Shown: positions 1-12,254, counted from the first letter of the whole stretch. The stretch: DNA of 62,942 nt, filler included, from Rhabdomonas costata (GCA_019059605.1; 53 parts of 53 records of this genome joined end to end with filler, not necessarily neighbours in it), one strand, 5' to 3'. The notes: generated by a model not told the origin, from the sequence alone. Numbers and translations: made by a program.

Positions 1-350
1 TGTTGGGTGTGCTTGGGTGGTTGTGGGATGTTGGGCACATACGACCTCTCGGGGGCGGACGAGATCGCTACGTGTGCTTCCAGACGTCAAGAAGGGAAAA
101 ACCACCCTGAGGACAGGGCACGTCCTTCCTTGGGATATCTCTGTGGTGGCATAGCACGCGCCTTCGAGGGCGGTTGTTTGGAGGTCTGCAAAGCACCTGG
201 CACCCGCTCTGTTGGCCATAGTTGGTCACAAGTACCGGTGCGGTGGGGTACCGGCTCAACGCCGTACGTTTCATGTGCGGTAATCTCCTCTGTCGATCAG
301 CTACTTTCCATCGGCTACCGGAGCTGCTCCATATGCTGTGTGAGTGAGAC

Positions 351-597
351 CTGGACAAGAGCTCCCGTAGAGGACAGGGAGGAGGTGGTGCCCAGGCGGG
401 CAAGAATATTCCTGCCCAGGGCCTCTGCGGGGCCCTCGCTGGCCAAGAGATTGACGCGGTCGGTCTGCCCCGCGGTGTAGCTCAGGGCCTCGGTGACCTC
501 AGCCTCGGTCATGAACGCGGGCATCCACCACACTTGGGGGTTCTTGCTGAGCTCATACGTCGAGGAAGGATCGATGGTCTCCCCAGCGCTGGCATTG
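351..597 (-). CDS. Internal exon, possibly prolyl-4-hydroxylase/2OG-dioxygenase N-terminal-like
   Basis: CTCCTCAG acceptor and CAG|GTCTC donor; peptide ..YELSKNPQVWWMPAFMTEAEVTEAL.. resembles the LS..P.V....FLS..E start of P4H domains. Weak family call. Confidence 0.3.
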
Positions 598-1090
598 CTG
601 AGGAGCAGAGAGGGAAGGGAAGGCGAGAGGCGGGTAGCCATCCCACCGAGTTTGAACCAGCAATAAAGCAATAAAAAAAAGGGCGAGCAGAAGAGAAGAA
701 GCACACCCGAAAATAAAGGGATGCTGGCCAGCAGTCCGATTTGGTATGGGTCTGGGGCTGGGGACTGACTGATGCTCAGGAAAAGAACGGCACAACAATG
801 ACATAGCAATGATTTGAAAGCCAGCCTAGAATAAAAACACGTTCATAATTGGACACAACGGAGCGCCGAGCCATTCACTTATCTAACTTTTTTTATGAGA
901 CCGGAGAACAACACACGCTGTGTACTGCCGATTATCTTTTAGAATCCAGAATCCACAACAACCTCCATGCGCAGCCAAAAGGTTGGAATATGCAAACCAG
1001 CCGCGACTGCGGTTGCACAGGTGCCGAAGACTACCATTTCCAATTAGACTCGTGGTTGCAACCGCACAAAAAACTCTGGACACAAACCCC

Positions 1091-1190
1091 NNNNNNNNNN
1101 NNNNNNNNNNNNNNNNNNNNNNNNNNNNNNNNNNTTAATTAATTAANNNNNNNNNNNNNNNNNNNNNNNNNNNNNNNNNNNNNNNNNNNN
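1091..1190. other. Artificial contig linker N44-TTAATTAATTAA-N44 (first of 52; last at about 61754-61853)
   Basis: Identical 100-nt unit recurring every ~1190 nt; TTAATTAATTAA gives stops in all six frames; the flanking contigs are unrelated. Confidence 0.99.
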
Positions 1191-1900
1191 GGGTTTGGTG
1201 TGTAGGTATGTGGTGTGCTGTGTCTGGGGGGAGGGGGCGAGTCCGACGGTGCGGCGGGCTTGTAGATATAGAGAGTTGACCTGACCGCTCTATACGGACA
1301 CCGTACACACGAGTCAGTCGCACGATTGTCGATTGTTGCATAAGAGTGCCGGACGCATGAACGGCTCCAAAGGAGTGAGTCTTTCCTGCTTCATCCTAAC
1401 CACCCACAACAATCGATTATAACTTGCGAGGCAGTCAAGCTAAACTTCAAACGCAATAGCTTTCTCCTCTTTTTATGACGGTTTGAGGGGCCCCTTCAAT
1501 TCTCATTGACATCTGAAGCAACCAGGTGCGGTCTTGGGTATCCACAGCCCCACCGAGACATTGCTGAAAGCTTTCACGACGCCCCCTCGAATGGAGTTAG
1601 AGCGCCACACAGTTGCAACGACACACCGGACTGAAGCATGCACCATTTAGGAGTCCGTCTGGGTTCACAAGCTACGGCAAATTGCGTGCATATATCATGG
1701 CTTTGTGTTGGGCACAGTCCTTGGGTTGAGTTGGTGAAACGTCCTTCTGGTCATTTCTGCCCACCTCCAGTCTTCTCCGCTCGTGAGCCAAACTCACAAA
1801 CGAAGTGCAAAACTCATGCTTCGCCGCGAGGACTCGATACGAAAGAGACAGAAAAGAGAAGTGACAGTGACGGCCGGGCCAGAAAGGGAGAGGTCGAAAC

Positions 1901-2083
1901 CGTGAACAGTCCAGTCCCACAGCCTGCATCCAGCATCCAGCCGGACGAGGGCCGCGCCACTCCCCAAAACAGCTCCTGCACGCATTGCTTCTCATACAGC
2001 AGGACAAGCCTCCCAAGGTCAGTCTCAAACCACTCCTCATACCGGTCTGGCCAGGAGTCAAATGTCTGGGGCTTCGACCCCAT
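1901..2083 (-). CDS. Class I SAM-dependent methyltransferase, first coding exon (prokaryote-like)
   Basis: MGSKPQTFDSWPDRYEEWFETDLGRLVLLYEKQCVQELF..WMLDAGCGTGLFT; motif I LDAGCGTG; ends at ACG|GTTTCG donor. Confidence 0.82.
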
Positions 2084-3663
2084 TCGCCGCACTGAGGCCA
2101 ACCAAGGGACTCGTATGCCTGTCCGCCCCCCGCCCTCATCCAGATACACAAGCAAAAAACGTGTGTGGAGACACACGTCCACATACACTACATGCATACT
2201 TTTCTCTCTGTTAGCACTTATTATAAGTCCAAAAACCCAGAAACATTTTCCATCAGAGTCCCCTCCCTCTACCACCACGCNNNNNNNNNNNNNNNNNNNN
2301 NNNNNNNNNNNNNNNNNNNNNNNNTTAATTAATTAANNNNNNNNNNNNNNNNNNNNNNNNNNNNNNNNNNNNNNNNNNNNGGGGTGTTTGAGTGCTTCCA
2401 TGCGGGAAGCGTGGTGCTGCAGCTTGAGGTCTCGGAGGGGTGGGGTTCGAATCTTTACGGGGGTGATAAGGCAATTCTCTGGTTGCTGCATTGTGCCTTG
2501 TTGGTCAACTGCATTCACCTGTGCGCATAAACGCCCGAGTTCGAGTGTAATAATTGTCAACGGCAGCTAAACGCACTGATTTTGACCTTAGCTCACCGTT
2601 CTTCTGTATGTGCCGATTTCCCGTCGTTGTATTTCTGAAACGTGTGATCGTTTTCGTGTTTACTCACCCATACGCTAGGGAAGACAAAACTGTTTCGCAA
2701 TCGCTCTCCGATGCGAAATTTTCAAAAGAGCAGGCCGCTGTCAACGTCTAGACACAATGAAAGGAAGCTGTCTCGGCTGAAGAGGACACTGATAGATGTC
2801 ACAGGCTAGAACCGCTGGGGCAGGGCGGGTTGTTTTTTTGATTGCCGAAGAAGGGGGGGGCTCTGCGAGCCGAAGAGGTCCGGCTCAAGCGGGACCCGAC
2901 CTCCTGCATCAACATTCATTTCCACATTCCGCACCCACAGCGAGCAATCGAGAGAGAGAGAGAGAGAGAGAGAAACGAACGCTGGTTTTGGTGCAGGAGG
3001 AACGCCGCGCCAGGGCGGTGGCTGCCCTGGAAGCCGAGGAGGCGCACGCTCGCCTGCGAGTCTTTCAGGACCAGCTGTGGGGGTGGCGAGCTTCCGCCAT
3101 GCAATCCGAACGAAGGCTTTTGCTGCTTCTGCGGAGCTGTGAGGGAGTCCTCACCCGCAGGGGTTCCTCTGCTCGTGTGATGCCCCTCATGAGAATCCCA
3201 ACTACTTCCTCTGCATTGGGGAGGGGGTCCTCAGGGGTTTCGATGGGTGAGGTCGCAACTGAGGTCGAACTGGCACACAAAAACTCACTGGTTGGCTTTA
3301 TTCCACTCATAATACAAGGACCGGTCTGCGCTGAGTACACCATTTCATGAGGATTCATTTAACCCCCCACCCTCCCAGGATTCCCCGAGCTTAGGCGTAC
3401 CCTCTTCCAAGCTCTTCTTCTTGACATCATCTCGTCGCATTAAACTTGTTGTAGCGCTTCCTTCGAAAGGNNNNNNNNNNNNNNNNNNNNNNNNNNNNNN
3501 NNNNNNNNNNNNNNTTAATTAATTAANNNNNNNNNNNNNNNNNNNNNNNNNNNNNNNNNNNNNNNNNNNNTGTTTTAACCGTTGTGCAGGCTGTCTGAGA
3601 AGCCGTTGTGGTGGTCAGGGCTCCAATCAGACCCGTCTTTGGTACTTCTCTGCCTGTGTGCAG

Positions 3664-3879
3664 TTCTCGAAGATTCAGAGCGGGATGCTCGTGCCGGACA
3701 ACCGGCCGTTTGCCGTTCGCGACTGCATCGACCGCACCCTGGAGGTTGTGCAAATAAAAGCCGAGGCCAAGGGCCTGGAGCTTGTTCCGTGGATCAGCTC
3801 CTCGGTGCCGCGGATTTCCTTTGGGGACTCGAGCCGGCTGCGGCAGGTCTTGCTGAACCTTCTGAGCAACTCGATCAAG
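3664..3879 (+). CDS. Histidine kinase (hybrid type) exon: end of HisKA plus HATPase N-box
   Basis: cag|FSKIQSG..FAVRDCIDRTLEVVQIKAEAKGLEL..GDSSRLRQVLLNLLSNSIK|gt; 216 nt, phase 0. Confidence 0.93.
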
Positions 3880-4253
3880 GTTTGGGCCTGGGCATGGTCG
3901 CCATCTTTTCTGTTCAAAAATCGCTGCAAAACGGATTCAGGACCTCTGGTTTAAATGGAGCAAGCTGTACCGCTTAACCCAAACCCGGCTAGGTCGAGGC
4001 CCTGTTTTGCGTCCCCCACCCTACCCCATCCCTTCTTCCCCTCCAGAATCCGTGGGTGCAGTTGTTGGGCAAGTTGTGGCTCGAAAGGGATTTCAAAACT
4101 GCACTCGGCCAAGGGTAAAACGTCAGAAAACACTCCAAGGAACACCGCCCCGCTGCGTTTCGGAAGGCCTGCTGTTTGTACAAAATACTCGAAACGGGCA
4201 AGACATTCCTTCCTCTTTTTATCGTACCTCCTTTTCACGTCTGCCCTCTGCAG

Positions 4254-4392
4254 TTTACGCACAGTGGTAAGGTTGTTCTGCGCTGCCTGCCCAACCTCGA
4301 AATGAGCCGGCTGCAGTTTGAGGTCGAGGACACGGGAATCGGCCTTTCCGAGGAAACCATTCAGAGGCTTTTCCAGCCTTTTGTGCAAGCAG
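4254..4392 (+). CDS. Histidine kinase exon: HATPase G1 and F boxes
   Basis: cag|FTHSGKVVL..LQFEVEDTGIGLSEETIQRLFQPFVQA|gt; splices in frame to the previous exon to give NSIKFT..G. Confidence 0.93.
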
Positions 4393-4490
4393 GTGCTGCA
4401 TTTTCTGTGGCGATCCCGCTCAGTTGTTCACGATCCCACTCAATGCCCTACCTCACTAGTGGTGCCCACGGATTTTGGTGGTGGTTTTGG

Positions 4491-4660
4491 TACCTCTGTG
4501 ATGTCTGGTTAACAGCATGGTGTCTTTCGATTACTCTTTTCTTCGGCCGTTTCGGGACTGCAGAGAGTTGCCGCTGTGTGTGCCTTTGTGAAGTCCCGAA
4601 ACGGCCGAAGAAAAGAGTAATCGAAAGACACCATGCTGTTAACCAGACATCACAGAGGTA
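4491..4660. repeat. Terminal fold-back inverted repeat (69-bp arms), amplification chimera
   Basis: 4491-4559 is the reverse complement of 4592-4660, which ends exactly at the contig end. Confidence 0.9.
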
Positions 4661-4816
4661 NNNNNNNNNNNNNNNNNNNNNNNNNNNNNNNNNNNNNNNN
4701 NNNNTTAATTAATTAANNNNNNNNNNNNNNNNNNNNNNNNNNNNNNNNNNNNNNNNNNNNGGGGTTTTTTGAACTCGTAGTGGTACGCTTCTGCTCTTCT
4801 TCCGCAGAGGAGGAGA

Positions 4817-4949
4817 GTGCGGAACTTCGCCTGCGGGATGAAGCCCTTGCGCAGCTTGTCCGCGTCCACGAAGAAGTCTCGGATCCGCAGCCCAACCTTT
4901 ACCGCGCGGCTGGCTATCCACCCCAGCAAGGCGTCCACACTCTCCTCCT
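4817..4949 (-). CDS. EF-hand-like protein exon, cut short by a fold-back (4766-4819 / 4938-4991)
   Basis: TCCGCAG acceptor; ..LRIRDFFVDADKLRKGFIPQAKFRT resembles an EF-hand loop. Confidence 0.6.
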
Positions 4950-5181
4950 CTGCGGAAGAAGAGCAGAAGCGTACCACTACGAGTTCAAAAATCCTCCCGT
5001 CGTTCCCTGCTCGTGGTGGGGGTGTTGGTGGCGGAAAGCTACTCATATGTTTGTCATGTGTGGCGGATTCGTCATCCAGAATCCTTTGATCTTCCACCTT
5101 TCGTTATAGTCTGTTGCTAGTTTGTGAGAAAATTAACTCCACGCCCACTCAACAACCTTGAAGCGGCGTTGACCGTCTCTG

Positions 5182-5214
<33 letters not shown>

Positions 5215-7249
5215 GCGCAACTGCTTTCTGTATATTGACGTGATTGCTATTGTGCTTCCGTCCCCTCCTTCACGGGCTCTGCGCTCACGGCAGCACGAAG
5301 ACTCCACATTCAGCGGCGACGTGCCTCATCTTTGTCACCACCACCTAAGATGCCCAGTTAATGGTATGAGTCATCCCTCAAGAGGAGCGCAAGCGTCCGT
5401 TTAGCTGGTCCATGGTAATACGATGCAAAGAAGACGATGACCACCAGCATATCATCCGGCGCTGGGTTGTTGAAACAACAGAAAAGAAAAACCACCAAGG
5501 AGAATTGTTCTGAATCGGTCGTTCAACCCCATTCTCTGCGGAAGCACGTGCAGCGGCGACCCTGCCGCGCAGTGCGGGAAGACAAGTTTTAGATTTGCGA
5601 AACAGACAGCACTGAAAGAGAAAAAGCACAACGCCGTGGCCGACGAAAGACGGATGAAAAAAGATGTCCCAATCATGTGACCCGCGCTGCATGGGTGCCC
5701 GCAAGGAGGTCCCCATGACTGCCGTGCGAGGCGCAACATTCCACCACACAACAGAACAGGAAACTCTTCCAAACCCGCGAATCCACATACCAAATGAAAA
5801 TAATCATGCAAGATGTTCAAGGTTGCTTCTTCCAGTTAAAAACAAAACCCNNNNNNNNNNNNNNNNNNNNNNNNNNNNNNNNNNNNNNNNNNNNTTAATT
5901 AATTAANNNNNNNNNNNNNNNNNNNNNNNNNNNNNNNNNNNNNNNNNNNNTTGTGACTGTGTATGTATTTATGTTTCTATTGTGTGTCTATATGAACCCA
6001 TGTCCATGCATACGACACAGGGGATAGCTTAGCCTGCAGCCAATGAATGTCGCAGACGTGTCAGGTGGGGGTCGTGTGTGTGTGTCGTGAAAGGTCCCTC
6101 TGGGCACGATTTTGTGTGGTGATCGCTACCCAAGAAGTCAGTCGCAACGTTACTCATGCGTAGTGAGCAGTGATAGCAACACAAAAGTGGACAACGTGGG
6201 AAGGGTCTGCGTCTGTACTACCCTCCAGAATCAATATGAAAAAGACAGCGCCATAATCACGTGTGCGGTGTGTGCGCGCGCTGCAGTGCCCCAAAGAAAA
6301 CGGGCTGCAGGTACCACGTCAGTGGAACTCCATTGTTGTGAACGTGCAACTCTCGATCTAGCTCGCATAAAAAGATAAATAGTAATACTTAGTGAGGCAG
6401 GTTACAACGAAAACACTCAATACTGATGTTTATCAGCCCCGGGTACGCAGAGCGATTATAAACACTTTATAGAAGCCGATCGGCATTTTGGAACGCTCCA
6501 GGAATCGTAATACCCGAGTTTCGGGAACTTACATGAATCCCGGGGGAGGGCAATATACATGCTGAAACAGCAGACAAAACAAGAAAGAGAGAGACTGCAC
6601 TGGGGTACAGTACCACCCGTGGAACATTTGCGAAATCGTGAATCACACTTCTAAACGTGTTCGAATTCTTTTGTTTCTTTTGCAGCTGCAAAATGGACTG
6701 GCCAGTCACAAACGGCACAAGGTTTCAGGGATATTGGGGAGCCCACACCCGGAGGATGAGCTGGTCCCACTCCAGGGTAGCTTCGTAGTCGATCTCGCCC
6801 CTTTCCACGCGCTCCCACAGCTCCAGCTGCCGCACTCGAATCATACCACAGACAGAGTCCCTTCTCAACAATTTTCCGTCCGACTCCCCATTCACATGCA
6901 ACTCCCCAACATCACACAAAACACCAGGCAAAAACACAAACGGACTGCGATTGAAGAAGAAGAAGAAGAAGAAGACGGGCAATAATCGCAACAAATAAGG
7001 ATTCCACCATATCTGTCGGTGCATTTTTTCCATAAGGTTCNNNNNNNNNNNNNNNNNNNNNNNNNNNNNNNNNNNNNNNNNNNNTTAATTAATTAANNNN
7101 NNNNNNNNNNNNNNNNNNNNNNNNNNNNNNNNNNNNNNNNGTTGTTGTTGTACTTCTTCCTCTACTGCTTCTTCTACTTTTTCTTCTTCTACTTCTTTCT
7201 TTTACGCGATGGACGCTAAGTGCTGCGCAGGCAATCCAGGGCGAGGTGT

Positions 7250-7430
7250 TGGTCAACCTCTTGGTCTCAAATAGGGTGCTTGTTAGACCTTGCTGCGGGG
7301 CATCGCTTCCTGTGTAGCAGCGATGTGGCAATCTGTTGCGCTGGAGGTGCAGAGTTTTAAAAAGGCGGTTGCTCTGCGCGATGGGTCCGTTTTTGAGGGC
7401 TCCAGGTTGAGTTTGGAGCTCATCGTGCTT
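7250..7430 (+). mobile_element. Degenerate Merlin/IS1595-like transposase N-terminal fragment
   Basis: Frame A ..RPCCGASLPV*QRCGNLLRWRCR, then a frameshift to KKAVALRDGSVFEGSRLSLELIV; matches the WRC..C...SIR.GS.FE.S.L.L..I pattern. One stop and one frameshift. Confidence 0.5.
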
Positions 7431-8714
7431 CGGGCTCACAAGACTCATTTCACTTCTATTGCTTCTTTGCTGGACAAGGCGCCGCTCTGAGAAAAATCAG
7501 GAGGTCCATGTCACACTCCAACTATGCTGCGGGAACTCTTAAGTGGCTCCTACCTCTTTGGGTGGTCGTGCCTCTGGATCCCACTCGAGCTGGACTGTAT
7601 ACCGACCTTGCTTGCACAAGGTGGGCGCTGCCTCGGCTTACCTAGGTGTCTTGGAACCTAGAACGTGGCGGAGGTCTCTTCCGTTCGTCCGGGGGTCGCT
7701 CTGGTGTTCTCTGCTGGCGTCGCCTTTCTGAAACGGGGGCTGGAGTGCCAACCACTTTTCGATTTTTACCAAGCCGCTTCGGCGTAAATCTGGCGACCTC
7801 TGGGGGCACTACTCTGCAGACCAGGTGGGGTCACTTGTGGCTCGTGAAGGCTGCTTTAGGCACAGGGGGGGTCTCTTGGCCGGGCCTTGGTGCCCACACC
7901 TTCTGAGCTGTGGAGTGGTTTCGCTGGGCGGGTCTCGCCGCTTATGCCTTTCCCCAATCTCCCACCCAAAAAGAAGGCTGTGGAAGGGGCACTGGACCGC
8001 ACACACACACCCTGTACTGTGTTCACCGCACTAACGCCACACCCTTTTTCCACCCTCTCCCTCTGCTGGTGCCTCTGGTCTCCGCGGCTCTCGCCTGCGG
8101 TTCCGCTGTGGTTCTGCTGCACATCCTCTGCAAAAACACAATTAAAGGCAAAACACAACACAAATTCAAACAAAAAGCGACCTGTTAGGTTTAATTCCGC
8201 ATTAACGGACCCACGCAAGTTACAAAAACACNNNNNNNNNNNNNNNNNNNNNNNNNNNNNNNNNNNNNNNNNNNNTTAATTAATTAANNNNNNNNNNNNN
8301 NNNNNNNNNNNNNNNNNNNNNNNNNNNNNNNTGTGGGGTGTGTTGGGCGCTGGCTGTTGCCAGGTTGCCAGGTTGCTGGTTGTTGGTGACCACTATGGAC
8401 TGAGTGCGGTGAGTTTGTGTGTGTGTGTGTGTGTGTTGGGCGCATTGGAACGAGTGGATTGTGATGAACGGGTTGGTGCAGTCGAAACCCACTCACACTT
8501 TCCGTTGATGACTGTTGTCCGGACGACAATATGTGCACTCGTGTTGCCGATGAGCTTTTGTTTTGCTTAGGATTGGCGCAGCCTTCTGCGTGCGGTTTCC
8601 GTCTTTCATTCCATCTATGCCGCAAAATAATTTTAGAACTGTGCGGTCACATTTACCCTTTCACTTTTATCTTTCAACATTGTCGTCTTTTGTGTTCCGT
8701 ACCACGTGAGCACG

Positions 8715-8718
<4 letters not shown>

Positions 8719-8750
<32 letters not shown>
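8719..8750. repeat. (CA)n microsatellite at the 5' end of an intron (one of many CA/GT, GA, ATC and GAGAA tracts)
   Basis: Direct reading. Other tracts near 2950, 5175, 8416, 10795, 39335 (ATC) and 52420 (GAGAA). Confidence 0.95.
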
Positions 8751-8755
<5 letters not shown>

Positions 8756-8759
8756 TCAC

Positions 8760-8945
8760 CAGTACAGCCCAACAGCGTGAACGTCCCACCGGTCGTGGAG
8801 CAGCTGACCGTAGCATTCCCCGTGTACCCAGGAGCGCACGACAGCCCAGTGCAGCTCGCCGCGGTGACCTGCCCAGTGCACCCGCTGCCACTGGAGGAGT
8901 ACCCCGTGGTCAGGGGGCTGGGCAGGGAGCACGCTATCGCCGTAG
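8760..8945 (-). CDS. Cys-rich extracellular repeat exon
   Basis: IACSLPSPLTTGYSSSGSGCTGQVTAASCTGLSCAPGYTGNATVSCSTTGGTFTLLGCT with G|GTGAGT donor. Confidence 0.75.
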
Positions 8946-9373
8946 CTTTGGGAAGATCGATAGGAGAGGAGAGATCGCATGGTTTTGCCAAAAAAAAAAA
9001 CAGGCAAGAGCCTCTTCATCGTGAAAGCATTGTTTCAGAATGGCCCACATCGGAGCAATGAGATTTGATGGCTCCCTTCAAGACAAAACATTAAAAATGT
9101 ACTACATTCCAAAGAAGACGGGTAGGACCGCATCTTCTTTACAAGTTTGCTGCAGCGGCTACTACTGCTGCTGCTACTACTACTACAAGGAAATCAAAAA
9201 TGAAACTGCCAAGCGGAGAGCGCACCGAAATCTTTGCGTTCCTTAGGAAAGTCTGTTAATGACTAGAAACTTCGCACCCATCCACAGGAAATGTGTCCAA
9301 CCGGAAGGACCCCCGGTAGCAGCGATGCACGACCATGAACACTGACTGTGGGCAGACGCGCATGCGCAACTAC

Positions 9374-9424
9374 CACTGCAGCCCGACAACGTGAAGGTCC
9401 CCCCGTTCGTGGGGCAGCTAACCG
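9374..9424 (-). CDS. Upstream copy of the same Cys-rich repeat (3' part of exon)
   Basis: VSCPTNGGTFTLSGCS, G|GTAGTT donor; paralogous to VSCSTTGGTFTLLGCT. Confidence 0.7.
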
Positions 9425-11294
9425 NNNNNNNNNNNNNNNNNNNNNNNNNNNNNNNNNNNNNNNNNNNNTTAATTAATTAANNNNNNNNNNNNNNNNNNNN
9501 NNNNNNNNNNNNNNNNNNNNNNNNGTTTTTTGGGAACAGGGGTTGGGGTGGGAGGGACCGAGTCCGAGGGCGATAAGAAAAAAGAAACTGCATGTTCTTC
9601 CTTCGTTCCGCCTGTGCCTCCAGATCCTCTATACTCTCGCAAGAGATGTTCCGGCCACTGCAGGATAGAGAGTCAGAGAGACAGAGAGATTATCAAAGGA
9701 ACCCACAGCGCTCGCTGTTGATCAATGCCGGCGCGTTGCAGTGGCCAGAGGTGGTATGGGCCCAGGGGTTCTCTTTTGCTTCTTTCGCTGTGTTATGTGC
9801 TTTTAGTTCATGTTTTTTTCCGGCTAAGAAAGTTTTTTCCTGTTCTTATACAAACATATGTGGAAGTGCACGTGTGTGTGTACTTCTCTGCAAATCCTTC
9901 AGCCGTTTTACGGCGGTGTAGGTCACAGCGTATGGTGTCGTTGGCGGGTGTTCTGTGGTGATCTCCAGCCACGATCACGGTTGTTGTCATGCACCTACCG
10001 AGTGTGGTTCTCAAAATTTGTTTTGTTCAATCCTCTTAAAACGGGGACATGGGCAATAGTTACTCAACTTATGACAATGATTGCCGTGCGCCTTAGGGGT
10101 CGGGAAGTGGGCACCAACGGATGTAACAGTGGCTGCCGGTAGAGGAAGCTGCTGCAATCGTCACAACACGAATGATACTTCCATAACCTCCATCCCTGCA
10201 TTCCAGAAGCGGAATCCTCGTGACTTACCAGTTTCCCTTCGTCGGAAGCAGTTGCCAACGGGGCATTGCACTAGTTTTATCAGTTATGTTCAAGGGACCC
10301 GAAAACTTGGAACTCGCTGCTATAGCTGGGAGTCTCCAAAAGAATTCAACGCCAGGATCCATTTCCTGCAATTGCTAAAGAAAGTCGTCTGTGGTTGTTT
10401 CCCCACCGCTTGGCCACCGCTCCCCGTCCCCGAAAAAGTCCGGTCTCATTTTTTCGCCGTTTTGCATTTATTCGAAGATGCTGTGTCAGTTTACCCCCTT
10501 TTCTTTTTTTTTTCACACTGTGCTGCGAGCGTCACTTGACGTTCGCTTTTCCCCCACTCCCAACCCTCCTCTTCCTTCCTTTTCCCAGCAGCCCGCAAAT
10601 ACCCAAACCACCCCNNNNNNNNNNNNNNNNNNNNNNNNNNNNNNNNNNNNNNNNNNNNTTAATTAATTAANNNNNNNNNNNNNNNNNNNNNNNNNNNNNN
10701 NNNNNNNNNNNNNNGTGGGTTGGGGAAGACGCAGGGGCAAGGGACTGGGAATCACCTCAGGCAAGGGAAGGAGGAGAGGCCAAAACGCTGGGAAACACAC
10801 ACACACACACACACACAAAGGCACAGTGAAGAAAATAAAGAGAAAAAGGGAAACCAATGCGCACAAGGGAAAGAAAGGCACTGGGAAAGAGGTCACCGGT
10901 CACCAAAGCGACGCCTACCCGCCACTCCGAAGAACGGAAGACAGTTTAAAAAGACGTTGTTGCATTCACACCGTGAAGCCAGAAACAAATCTTCCCACTT
11001 TGTAAATGTTATTTTTCATTCTTCCCGAAACGAAACGAAGTGAGGAACGAACGTGGTAAGTGCATGGTTTTAGTATGCGTGGCCAACGGAAAAATGTCCG
11101 TTTGGTGATTCTTCGCCATCCTTGCAACCCCACACGTGTGTTTGTCTGTGGAAAAATTGAGTTGCGCTTTATTATTTGCGCGAGGTAGTCGAAGTTTCAA
11201 GAGTCGACGTTTTGACGCAGGTTAGCATTGTGGGCTGTCCTATGGGACACCCTATGCGAGATCAATAACCTGTCTCCGGATGGGGTGGGAGGGG

Positions 11295-11362
11295 TGGAAC
11301 TGCCCGAACTGCGCCAATGTTAACTTTACTGGAGGGATATCTACAATCGCTGTCATGCTCCA
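11295..11362 (+). pseudogene. Decayed RanBP2-type zinc finger
   Basis: WNCPNCANVNF, then after a 1-nt shift YWRDIYNRCHAP; consensus W.C..C...NF..R..C..C.AP with one Cys changed to Tyr (TGC>TAC). Confidence 0.55.
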
Positions 11363-11903
11363 ATATCGGGTTGAAACATGGATAGAACCACAGCAGCCCT
11401 CCACCAGAAGGAGCAGCCGAAAAGTGCAGGTGCAGGGCTTGGGGTGCCGACACCAGCAAACTGATCCCAACGGCATCCAAAGCGCACGCCGTAACCCGTT
11501 CATCACCTTTCTCACCGCTTTCACAGGCAACACAACAAAACAAATGCATCCAACAGGACTTGAAAAGAGCCCGTGAAGTGCGCGCGCGAAATCACATATC
11601 CCGGCCTCCTGCCAGGTTCCCTGACAGTTGAAAAAGTTCACCAAAAGCCCTGCTCTCCCGTGGGTGTTGCACCGAAGTCTGGGACGAGCGTTCTGGGACG
11701 ATGCTGACTGCCTTTGAGCACAAGACACCTAACCACAAACGTCGTGGTAAAACTTCAACACAGGAATGAAGGAAATAAAAGAACGAAAAATAACCCAAAA
11801 CCCNNNNNNNNNNNNNNNNNNNNNNNNNNNNNNNNNNNNNNNNNNNNTTAATTAATTAANNNNNNNNNNNNNNNNNNNNNNNNNNNNNNNNNNNNNNNNN
11901 NNN

Positions 11904-12254
11904 GTTGGTGGGGGTAGGAGTGGCAGTTGGTGTTGCTGTCGGTGTGGGCGTTGGGCTTGCGGTGGGCGAAGAAGTCGGGGTAGATGTGGGGGTTGATGAG
12001 GGCGTCGAGGTTGGCGAAGCACTGGGTGTGTGAGTGGAAGTCGGTGTGGGACTCGGGGTGGATGTGGGCGTAGAAGAGGGGGTGGACGTCGGCGATGAAG
12101 TGGGTGTGTGTGTTGAGGTTGGTGTTGGTGTGGGAGTGGCAGTTGGTGTTGCCGTCGGCGAGGAAGTGGGCGAGCTTGTGGGCGAAGGTGTCGGAGTGAG
12201 AGTGGTCGTGCCTGTCACCGTGCTAGCACTGGCCTGCAGCATCCATGGGGTGTC
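11904..12254 (-). CDS. Pro/Thr/Ser-rich mucin-like repeat exon
   Basis: TTTTTTAG acceptor; [18 protein letters not shown] repeats with varied third positions, open to the contig end. Confidence 0.75.
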
